DNA of 64,000 nucleotides from contig OY968764.1 of NCBI GenBank assembly GCA_963695335.1, forward strand, positions 960,001-1,024,000. Direction: 5' to 3'. Positions 34,301 to 39,387 of the stretch are shown piece by piece; the stretch's first letter is position 1, and the number at the start of each line of letters is the position of its first letter. This stretch comes from an uncultured bacterium. GTDB lineage: Bacteria > Babelota > Babeliae > Babelales > Vermiphilaceae. The position numbers and the translations under genes are program-made. The notes beneath the pieces were generated by a model. That model ran no database searches. It saw nothing but the letters and a program-made list of their open reading frames with translations, and was not told where the DNA came from.

Positions 34301-35400
34301 GTAATATCTATATAAATGCAAATGCTGCTTCAGCAAGCGAAGCCACAACAACACGTATTGGCACATCACAAACAACTGCTTTTATGGCAGGTATTTTTGG
34401 TGTAATACCAAGTGGTACTGTTCAAACAGTTACCATTAATAGCTCAGGACAACTTGGTAGCACTACTTCTTCATCGAGTGGAACAAGCCTTAATACACCA
34501 AACACTTTGGTTGAACGTGATGGAACAGGAAGTTTTGCCGCACAAGAAGTAAGTATGAATGATGCTATTTGTGCAGGCAATCTTGTATTAAGCACAAATC
34601 CAAGTACATCAACAGCTGGTAATATTATGAAAGGTGCAAATAGATTTATTCATAATACAGGAACAAGTAATACATTTATTGGAGTAACTTCTGGTAACTT
34701 TACCACAACTGGTACAGGGCAAAACAGTGCTCTTGGTGTTAATGCATTACTTGTTAATGGAACCGGTGCTAATAACACAGCTCTTGGTTATAATGCGCTT
34801 AGTGCATGCACAACGGGAAGTAATAATATTGCGATTGGTTCTGGTACAGCAGTTGCTACAACAACGGGAAGTAATAACATTTATATTGGAACCAATGATG
34901 GTGCAGCTGGTGAAAATACTACTATTCGCATTGGCTCACAAATAACTAACACACCAACATCTTGCTTTATCCAAGGCATAAATAACGCAACGATCCCTAC
35001 AGGGCAAAGTACTGCAATTCGAGTACAAAATACAACAGGCCAAATTGCGCCAGCTTCATCGTCTCGAAGATTTAAACACACAATAGAAGATATGGAAGAT
35101 ATTTCAGCACATGTTTATGAATTACGCCCTGTAAGCTTTATTTACAACAGTGATACAACACATGAAAAGCAATATGGATTAATTGCTGAAGAAGTTGATA
35201 ATGTGCTTCCGCAAATTGTGTCACGTGATGGTGAAGGATTACCATATTCAGTTAACTATGAAATATTGCCGGTGCTCCTTGTTAAAGAAATGCAAAAACA
35301 ACAAATAACTATTCAACAGCTGCAAAGTGATAATATGCAGCTTAAGGATATGGTGCAACAGCTTATGAGCCGTATTACATCTTTGGAGGCGAGAGCATAA
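19303..35400 (+). CDS. Giant secreted fibre/adhesin-like protein 4 (5365 aa): N-terminal helical domain, short collagen tract, four tandem ~670-aa beta-helix modules, long stalk repeats, two head blocks, peptidase S74 chaperone
   Basis: 16.1-kb open frame with SD aaagga and a leader ending PLAA|I. T(I/V)YVTxYGxDxTG motifs at 20428, 22435, 24445 and 26446. SSRRFKHTIEDM...YGLIAEEV at the C-terminus. Confidence 0.85.
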   Translation: MLTIHCPRFISLFMSFALLVAPLPLAAIAEDMATTLSHIEMSNNDNVNTSYVYLGKDHSNIIEVINSISELDNQKNSPLIELKQHFEQGFLFAEYDAILEVAAYAESVLQKNYTKIDIQKAQKLASDLNTIIDIIFDGTLTVKSDDTISPITRAPLETWVINKNIDVLGKGTFHKHVHTKEGIHTQGKLKVDKTARFKKNVKIKDTLSVNDLVVTGSVTGITGGIGATGATGATGPQGITGATGSGSGATGNTGATGATGATGAMSSVVSDLTATNFSSTDTVIQNLTVINCIPELCVNNISVDNAVINNVLQLQDPGPGYIGLQAPTTVPTSYILTLPAAIPTAHQVMRANATIPTNLEWADNSGVSPIPVISKTIYVTTYGSDITGDGSFDNPYASLAQAIQLANSIALDVNPINIFIAPGIYVEDNSVNPLTVTAEGVSIVGEVSSGVVIMPNTPSNNLLLINVPIHISDIAFQSFAPLATGITLAAGNLTTLTNVDLINFLVGVDCVGGPENSYDFMNCYFGNNGTAILVNNAFVSVNSTSIFGTTLESNPSANNAITVTGSGANLVMNGGIIALCEIALTITNNAIVAATATSFRLNVFDVEQNGASQSTFVGCTFELTESSSDIDFQVSDPGTIVEIISCECSGSGILGLPQGTAMLVTNNASVNISGGSIHNYITGIEIGTSSDTSSTSLFSSSLVIKDCTMDIIQQGSTTFNFNAGTASSTKITINDSTNVNLAFFDLDINNALTIGSTANVNTTLIQAAVTSSEQPKIGYLSSLYSSQAIGVENFLNNPTSSFILTDNNASFTSVTTDRSKTSTINLFSDEGVTIGGTSALRGWNIQKNGSSAELAFNYQNSDSSGQVPVSEYTVMQIDGLNNQLQLPTPGTEIVFDTDTNLYRSAANVLKTDSNFIVGTLTPNRAVATNPTTNQLISSATTTTELGYVSGVTSPIQAQINSKVAKAGDSMTGALNMLLQNSVRFQDLVGNYVGINAPASVPTSYTISLPSTAPTANQVLSANGTTPTNLQWITPGTSVIPLNSRTIYVTQYGNDITGNGSLTAPFASLSQAISLANSLSSNLDPISILISTGTYIEDNSTGPLTVNADGVSIVGDSSNGVVIIPNTPTNNFLLINNPIQMINLTFESAAPLATGMTMFSNNLSVLENIYMYNFLVGIEGVGGLSNSSYGFNNCLFIGNGTALLIDGAHAECNSCTFFGTPSLSGPAANTGVVVTGSLANAVISGGVIGVCTTGLHVTNDAICTSSAISFRLNNFDILQDGASQMTCSACTFELASDSSDIKIQVEDAGTFAEIVGCSFNGNNVSNVPEGIAIQVTDNAFVDIVSSVIINYVTGIEIGTSTDTASTIISAASCTIRNCTTDILQQGSASLNYNASIASSNKITINDATNISLSYFDLNNDNALTIGSTADQDINVIELAIDPINNPVFNYKSSLYSTQALGFENIYGSPSSLYALSANNTDLISITTDRTKIAGLQLISDTGSPVGGTSALRGWNINKNGSSAELSFNYENSDMSGLSLVPAYTLMQLDGVNNQLQLPTANTQIVFDTDTNLYRSAANVLQTDDNFIVGTLTPNRVVATDPTTNQLISGAATVTELGYLSGVTSSIQTQINGKVAKAGDSMSGTLSMLTQNAIHFQDNGGNYVGINAQATIPSSYTVSLPTTIPTGRQILRANATTPTNLEWADEGGSVVPAISQTVYVTMYGSDVTGDGSFDHPYATLSKAISVANSLASASYPIAIFMGPGNYIEDNSAGPLTITSAGITITGNSSNTTFIIPDTLSNDLLLINDTVNISNMTFLADGLSTASGLSLTTGNFATFNNIQIFNFQTGVNATGTSSIYVFDNCQFINNGTGIFSNDTNIQCNNCIVFGNSTVATNIGINVTGASSFFVMSGGSCALCVTALIIDNNTSATINAASFKFNNTDIMQTGASSVILSSCTFEVTNNSSDINIQLSGAGTSANIIGCEFNGASSLNVPQATAFLVSNNASLNLSSSTIKNYTTGIQVGLSTDTSLTVLNASNITTQNNTNDVIQNGSTTANITASSIDLDAISINDSTNVTIAAFDTDDNNTLTIGSLSDEDTSLIQAAINTTTHPEIKYKSSLYSTQAIGFNNPLSNSSSLFIQSLDNANLTAVTTDNTDIAGLRLVSDTGSPVGGTSALRGWDINKNASTAELSFSFQNSDVSDSEPVVTEFTVMQLDGFNNLVQLPTAGTKIVFDGDTNLYRSAANVLKTDSNLIVGTLTPGFTVITDPSTNELASSVTTSTELSYVHGVTSPIQTQINSKVAKAGDSMTGTLTMLAQNAIHFQDSASNYVGINAPATVTSSYTLSLPTTVPTVSQTLRAGAITPTNLEWVTEGGAITPAVSETIYVTQYGNDITGDGSFDSPYATLAQAIITANSLANSSNPIVIFIAPGLYIENNSAGALTITSNGISIVGDSTTGVMIMPSTPANDLLQANTTIRITDLTLQSSSPLATGFVMNAGNLSTCNSVRFVNFLTGVLCSGGASQLYGFDACIFISNTTGLTVNDSRVQTIGCSFFGTPSVSNPAVNTGINITGSGANVIIDGGTVGKCNIGFTINNNSTITISSTAFKFNTFDVIQTGASHMVLSGSSFELTNGISDVDIQISDSGTIAEIIGCQFNGNSSLGVAEGQCIMVSNNAFLSISNGSIQNYTTALQIGTSTDTASTIAAVSGCTISNCTTDILQEGSATLNFDAGAISSNNITINDSTNVSLAYFDLSNNNQLTIGSTSDVNTGLIATNIGTSSNPSIDYISSLYSTQAIGFYNPLSNPSTLFVQSSDNANLTAVTTDNTDLAGLRLVSDTGSPVGGTSALRGWDINKNASTSELSFSFQNSDVSDSEPVVSEFTVMQLDGFNNLVQLPTAGTKIVFDGDTNLYRSAANVLKTDSNFIVGTLTPGFAVITDPSTNELESSVTTSTELSYVHGVMSSIQTQINGKVAKAGDTMTGTLVLPAGSAAAPSLQFTGSTNTGISASTANTLSFDVSGSEQMNISSSGVTIDVFSTAGVVHNSSAGLLSSSLIVDADITAATITNDKLADISSSNVPGDIVVRDSSGNFQTNMITIFGTTTNNTDVATKAYVDTAVTTGIIPHTPCVVVSTSNVALTGLQTIDGVTLVANDRVLLVGQTNEVQNGIWLAQSSAWTSPTDWVSGDEAGTAYVLITEGVDNAGSSWLCNTPTAIIGTDDVTFVEFSLPSATTGNNVGGGSGQVYQSKSGVTLNFRTLSVADTYMSIVTNSDNVGFSTNATSANTANEIVARDSSGNFSAGTITASLTGHASLDLPLTGGTLTGTLIVPAGTVAAPSIEFTGSSTGTGIAAPTADTLSFDIAGTEQMNISSSGVTIDGLSTTGVVHNSAAGLLSSSLIVNADVAPAAAIVDSKLATISTTGKVANSATTATNLNTANAIVARDASGNFSAGTITASLTGAASLNVLKAGDTMTGALQLPAGTTALPSLVFTGSITSGLSASTGNLSFSTNGVEQLKISSGGTISIDAFTAAGIVHNNASGNLSSSLIVNSDVDPNASIVDTKLNTISTAGKVANSATTATNLNTANAIVARDSNGNFSAGTISANLIGNVTGNVTGHASLDLPLAGGIMTGTLQLPAGTAAAPSLQFTGSTNSGISAATANTLSFDSNGIEQMNISPSGVTIDGLSTVGVVHNSAAGLLSTSLIVDADITAATITNDKLANISSSNVANDIVVRDSSGNFSAGTITASLTGNVTGSASNNVLKAGDTMTGTLQLPAGTTALPSLVFTGSTTSGLSASTGNLSFSTNGVEQLKISSGGIISIDAFTTPGILHNDSSGNLSSSLIVNSDISATAAITDNKLNTISTAGKVANSATTATNLDTSNAIVARDSLGNFSASTITASLTGHASLDLALAGGTMTGTLTMPAGSITSPSIEFTGSSAGTGITAATTDILSFDIAGTEQMNISSSGITINGLSTAGVVHNSSTGLLTSSLIINADIAANANIANGKLATLTTPGLVANSATTATNLDTANAIVARDAFGNFNAGNIVASLTGAASLNVLKAGDTMTGALQLPAGTTTLPSLIFTGSTTSGLSASTGNLSFSTNGVEQLKISSGGIISIDAFTTAGILHNDASGNLSSSLIVNNDISTTAAITDNKLNTISTAGKVANSATTATNLNTASAIVARDSSGNFSAGTISANLIGNVTGNVTGHASLDLPLAGGTMTGTLIMPAGSAAAPSIQFTGSTNTGVSAATANTLSFDSNGVEQMNISPSGVTIDGLSTIGVVHNNAAGLLSTSLIVDADITAATITNDKLANISSSNVANDIVVRDSSGNFSAGTITASLTGAASSNVLKAGDTMTGTLQLPAGTTALPSLVFTGSTTSGLSASAGNLSFSTNGVEQLKISSGGTISVDSFMSAGVVHNDASGNLSSSLIVNSDISATAAITDNKLNTISTAGKVANSATTATSLNTANAIVVRDSSGNFSAGTITASLNGNATTATSAGSFSGSLSGDVTGTQSATVVSFVGGQTAANVAAATVLANAATNLDTASAIVKRDSSGNFSAGTITASLSGNATTATTATNFSGSLVGDVTGTQGATVVSTVGGQTAANVAAATVLANAATNLDTASAIVKRDSSGNFSAGTITANLIGNVTGHASSDLALTGGTLTGTLTLPAGTAASPSLQFTGSTNSGISAATANTLSFDINGSEQMKINSSGVTIDGLSTAGVVHNSAAGLLSTSLIVDADITAATITNDKLANISSSNVASDIVVRDSSGNFSAGTITASLSGNATTATSAGSFSGSLVGDVTGTQGATVVSTVGGQTAANVAAATVLANAATSANTASTIVKRDGTGSFAAQEISMNDGIIAGNINLTTTPSSSTAGNILKNGTRFIHNFGTNNTFVGLSAGNFTMSGSGNNTAMGNSVLTANSTGAFNTAMGSSALAANTIGVDNTAIGYNALTLNITGTDNTALGYNTLSAATTGSTNIAIGSGAGGTLTTGSGNIYINANAASASEATTTRIGTSQTTAFMAGIFGVIPSGTVQTVTINSSGQLGSTTSSSSGTSLNTPNTLVERDGTGSFAAQEVSMNDAICAGNLVLSTNPSTSTAGNIMKGANRFIHNTGTSNTFIGVTSGNFTTTGTGQNSALGVNALLVNGTGANNTALGYNALSACTTGSNNIAIGSGTAVATTTGSNNIYIGTNDGAAGENTTIRIGSQITNTPTSCFIQGINNATIPTGQSTAIRVQNTTGQIAPASSSRRFKHTIEDMEDISAHVYELRPVSFIYNSDTTHEKQYGLIAEEVDNVLPQIVSRDGEGLPYSVNYEILPVLLVKEMQKQQITIQQLQSDNMQLKDMVQQLMSRITSLEARA

Positions 35401-35554
35401 AAAAAGCATTTGATTTTGTACCCTCAAAATGTTAGAAGACATAATACAGGTTACACATTAATTATATTATTTTTACGGGAGGGTACAAACGAATAAAGTT
35501 TTCTAAAAAAGAGAGAAAGTCGAATAAATATATTTTTCACAAAAAGGATGTTTT

Positions 35555-37915
35555 ATGAAGTTGAAGTCACTTTCACAGACCTTAGGGCTTGCCCTTTTAA
35601 CTGTCATTTCACTCACAGCCAATGAAACGGCACAAATCCATTTATCAGCTGCAGAAGTACAAGAAATCTTTGATAATCCAACGCGCTCTTATGTGTATGT
35701 TGGAAGAGATGTGAGTAATCTTGCAGATGTTATCGCTGAAGTATCCAAACTTGATAACGATGAAGATTCTCCAGTAAGAGCTCTCGATTCACACATCCAA
35801 AGAGGATTTGTAATCGGAAATTATGAAGGCGTTGCACAAGCTCTTGAGCATGCAGAAGCTGTTATGAATAAAGTAGATGCAGACAGAACAAGCGAACTTT
35901 CTCGTGTTTTAAATGCGGTTGTTGAACAAGTAGCTGCAGATCAATTAAATCTTGATGCTGAAATGTTAGAAGCTGCCAATGTGGAAGCTCCTGAAGCAAG
36001 AGCATGCGGTACTTGTAATTCTCATTGTTTAAGAAAATTAATTGTTAAAGAAAAAGTAGATTTTCTTAACAAAGTTAAATTCTTTGAAGATGTAACATTC
36101 AAAGAAGATGTTACTATAGAAGGTACATTATCAGTAAATGATATTTTTGTTCAATCATTAAGCACATGTGATGTTATTGTTGGTTGTGATATTTTTATGA
36201 ATAATTCAACAAGCTCTGCTGTGGGTAATATCATAAAAGGCGGTGCTTTATTCCTTAGTAATTTTGGAACAAACAATACGTTTGTTGGTCAAAATTCAGG
36301 TAACCTTACTCTAACTGGTGGCAATAATAGTGGATTTGGAACAAATGCATTAAGTTCAGAAACAACTGGTGTTCGTAATTCTGCTGTTGGAAGTGGCGCG
36401 CTTCAAAATAATACAATAGGTATTGATAATACTGCTGTTGGTGTTAGTGCACTTATGGCTAATACAACAGGTAATCAAAATATTGCTGTAGGCAACAGTG
36501 CTCTTACAGCAAATACAACAGGTATTGATAATACTGCTGTTGGTTATTTTGCAATGACAAATAACGTAGTAGGTATTAACAATACTGCTGTTGGGGCATT
36601 TGCACTTGCATCTAACACAGCGAGCAATAATACTGCCGTTGGTTTTGTTGCACTTCAAAACAATACAACTGGTGCCGGCAATACTGCTATTGGAGACGGC
36701 GCACTTAATACCAATACAATCGGTATTCGTAGTACTGCAGTTGGTTTCCAATCGATTTTTTCTAATATAACAGGTATTGATAATACAGCAGTTGGTTATC
36801 AAACTCTTTTTGCTAACACAACAGGTAATCAAAACGTTGCTGTAGGTAGTAATGTTCTTGCATCAAATACAACAGGTATTGATAATACTGCTGTTGGTTA
36901 TTTTGCAATGACAGATAATGTAATAGGTATTAACAATACTGCGGTTGGGGCATTCGCACTTGAATCTAACACAGCGAGCAATAATACTGCCGTTGGTTTT
37001 GTTGCACTTCAAAATAATACAACTGGTGCCTTTAATACTGCTCTTGGAGATGGCGCACTTAATGCCAATACAATCGGTATTCGTAGTACAGCAGTTGGTT
37101 TCCAATCGATTTTTTCTAATATAACAGGTATTGATAATACAGCAATTGGTTATCAAACTCTTTTTGCTAACACAACAGGTAATCAAAACGTTGCTGTAGG
37201 TAATAGTGTTCTTGCATCAAATACAACAGGTGTTAGTAATACTGCCGTTGGTTATTTTGCAATGACAGATAACGTAGTAGGTATTGACAATACTGCGATT
37301 GGGGCATTCGCACTTGAATCTAATACAGCGAGCAGTAATACTGCCTTTGGTTATGTTGCACTTCAAAACAATACAACTGGTACCCTTAATACTGCTCTTG
37401 GAAACGGCGCACTTAATGCTACTACAACAGGTAGTAACAACATTGCCATTGGTAATGGAGCAGGAGGAACCTTAACAACAGGTAACAACAATATTTATGT
37501 TGGTGCTAGTGCAGTTGCTGCAGGAGAAAGTGGCGTTACACGTATTGGTGGTATCGTGGGCACAACTACTGGTGTAGCTGATGCTATAGGAGTTGTGATT
37601 GATTCAACTGGCCAACTCGGAACCATTTCTTCTTCAAAATATGTGAAACATAACATTCAACCTATGAACGATGTTTCTGCAAGCATTTATGATCTCAGTC
37701 CAGTAACATTTGCTTACAACAGTGACGCATCTGAAACAACACAATATGGTTTAATTGCTGAAGAAGTTGCTGATATATTCCCTGGCATTGTCGTAAGAAA
37801 TGCTAATGGTCAACCAACAACCATTCAGTATCATGTATTACCAGTATTAACATTAAACGAACTTAAAAAACTTGCTGCACGTGTAGCAGTTCTCGAAGCT
37901 CACTTAATGAATTAA
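35555..37915 (+). CDS. Secreted fibre/adhesin-like protein 5 (786 aa): N-terminal helical domain, NTAVG repeats, peptidase S74 chaperone
   Basis: SD aaagga and a leader ending SLTA|NE. YVYVGRDVS N-domain, 17-aa repeats, SSKYVKHNIQPM...YGLIAEEV. Confidence 0.85.
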   Translation: MKLKSLSQTLGLALLTVISLTANETAQIHLSAAEVQEIFDNPTRSYVYVGRDVSNLADVIAEVSKLDNDEDSPVRALDSHIQRGFVIGNYEGVAQALEHAEAVMNKVDADRTSELSRVLNAVVEQVAADQLNLDAEMLEAANVEAPEARACGTCNSHCLRKLIVKEKVDFLNKVKFFEDVTFKEDVTIEGTLSVNDIFVQSLSTCDVIVGCDIFMNNSTSSAVGNIIKGGALFLSNFGTNNTFVGQNSGNLTLTGGNNSGFGTNALSSETTGVRNSAVGSGALQNNTIGIDNTAVGVSALMANTTGNQNIAVGNSALTANTTGIDNTAVGYFAMTNNVVGINNTAVGAFALASNTASNNTAVGFVALQNNTTGAGNTAIGDGALNTNTIGIRSTAVGFQSIFSNITGIDNTAVGYQTLFANTTGNQNVAVGSNVLASNTTGIDNTAVGYFAMTDNVIGINNTAVGAFALESNTASNNTAVGFVALQNNTTGAFNTALGDGALNANTIGIRSTAVGFQSIFSNITGIDNTAIGYQTLFANTTGNQNVAVGNSVLASNTTGVSNTAVGYFAMTDNVVGIDNTAIGAFALESNTASSNTAFGYVALQNNTTGTLNTALGNGALNATTTGSNNIAIGNGAGGTLTTGNNNIYVGASAVAAGESGVTRIGGIVGTTTGVADAIGVVIDSTGQLGTISSSKYVKHNIQPMNDVSASIYDLSPVTFAYNSDASETTQYGLIAEEVADIFPGIVVRNANGQPTTIQYHVLPVLTLNELKKLAARVAVLEAHLMN
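36470..37420 (+). repeat. 354-bp (118-aa) intragenic super-repeat, ~2.7 copies
   Basis: ggtaatcaaaa anchors at 36470, 36824 and 37178, with near-identical DNA between copies. Confidence 0.85.
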
Positions 37916-37934
37916 TACAAGAAACAGTATCTAT

Positions 37935-37968
37935 AAAAAGCTCCGCAATTACTGCGGAGCTTTTTTTT
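37935..37968 (+). terminator. Rho-independent terminator after fibre gene 5
   Basis: aaaaagctccgca-attac-tgcggagc followed by T8. Confidence 0.85.
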
Positions 37969-37972
37969 AACC

Positions 37973-38029
37973 CCCGCCGTCGCCACTCTTTCGCCAAGGC
38001 TTCAAAGCGCAGGCAAGGCTATGGCGGGC
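37973..38029. repeat. GC-rich palindromic element of a second REP-like type (CAAGGCT motifs)
   Basis: cccgccgt...atggcggg stem with two caaggct motifs, in an AT-rich intergenic region. Single copy in the window. Confidence 0.45.
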
Positions 38030-38130
38030 TTCGCCATTTTTTAACTCCATATAAAACATCAGATAGATTATGGATTATAACTGGTGAATATAATAAGATG
38101 TTCTTTATTAATGATTATTGTTAAAAAGGA

Positions 38131-39180
38131 ATGTCTATGCGGTTGCTCTATTACATCTTCTTTTTTTATGCTTACGCATTACCTGCTACTGAATATATCT
38201 ATCCTGTTGCATCACTCAGCGATGAAAAAACAATATTATATATTCATCAACATTTTTCAACAAACATTGAACTGTTTTCTTACAATACACAAACCCGTCA
38301 AACTGAGCCAATGTTGTGGTCAGTTTTTAATCCGGCAGGGTTACAAATGTTACCAGATAATAGTGGTTTTAGTTTTATTGATAACGGCAGATTGCGCATT
38401 AAATCATTTGATAAACGATCAGCAAAAGCTATTGATTTTGATGATCCTTTATGTGGCATTAACAATTTACATTGGATTGATAATCAGAGTTGTTATTGCA
38501 GTGCACAATATAATAATAACTTTGCGCTTTTTGAATTACATGATGATGGTACATTGCAATGTTTACGTTCAGCAGAAGGGAAGGATTATATGTATCCACA
38601 AAAAATTGATGATCAACTATTCTATATTGAGCGCTGCACTACAAAAAACAGTCTTAATGATTTTCATTACACCATAGCCTCGTGCTCATATCAAAAAAGC
38701 AATTCTGATAATTTAAAGGCAAATCTTGTTGCTGATTTTGGAACAACTCCAATCATATTTTTAACAATGGTCTCTGAAACTGAAGGGTTTGTGGTTGAGC
38801 ATGCACAACAGATAGATAGTGAAAACCCAACAATGCTATTTACGTATCATCAGATTATAAAAGAGGGTGATGCGTGGAACAAAAACATTCTTTTTTCTTT
38901 TTCTATTCCTACTTCTTTATTATTAGATATCCAAGAACGTCTCTATGAATCTATTTTGCCATTGTTACCACGTATTATTAATGAGAAGGTATATTTTGTT
39001 GATTGCGCCAATAATACGGATTATATCCTTGAGCCATATTTTTATAGCCTACAAGATAAAATAGTCCAAAAAATCAACCTTGATCAACACAAAGGACATG
39101 CTTTTGCACCAATGTTATGCAAAAACACGCTGTATTACGGCGGAACCAAGCAGCCGTCTCTTTTTTCTATGTTAACATAA
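38131..39180 (+). CDS. Hypothetical exported protein (349 aa), possibly a TolB-like/beta-propeller fold
   Basis: SD aaagga and a hydrophobic leader (LLYYIFFFYAYALPA|TE). Beta-strand-rich segments such as LSDEKTILYI, LPDNSGFSFI and PQKIDDQLFYI. The fold call is tentative. Confidence 0.6.
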   Translation: MSMRLLYYIFFFYAYALPATEYIYPVASLSDEKTILYIHQHFSTNIELFSYNTQTRQTEPMLWSVFNPAGLQMLPDNSGFSFIDNGRLRIKSFDKRSAKAIDFDDPLCGINNLHWIDNQSCYCSAQYNNNFALFELHDDGTLQCLRSAEGKDYMYPQKIDDQLFYIERCTTKNSLNDFHYTIASCSYQKSNSDNLKANLVADFGTTPIIFLTMVSETEGFVVEHAQQIDSENPTMLFTYHQIIKEGDAWNKNILFSFSIPTSLLLDIQERLYESILPLLPRIINEKVYFVDCANNTDYILEPYFYSLQDKIVQKINLDQHKGHAFAPMLCKNTLYYGGTKQPSLFSMLT

Positions 39181-39237
39181 TATCCATTATCAGATTGTAA
39201 ATGTTGTTGATTTTTACCAATGAAAAAAAAGCGGCCT

Positions 39238-39387
39238 GTTACAGAGTTCTCCAATTCAAATTTGAATTGCGTTAATTCATACGCTTTTCTAACTCTTTAA
39301 TACGAGCAAGAAGTTACAGAGTTCTCCAATTCAAATTTGAATTGCGTTAATTCATACGCTTTTCTAACTCTTTAATACGAGCAAGAA
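39238..39387. repeat. Exact 75-bp tandem direct duplication covering the 3' end of fibre gene 6
   Basis: 39238-39312 equals 39313-39387. Confidence 0.92.

Noticed and set aside
38084..38677. 197-aa + strand ORF overlapping the 349-aa gene
   Set aside because: It is an alternative frame of 38131-39180 with atypical composition and no SD.
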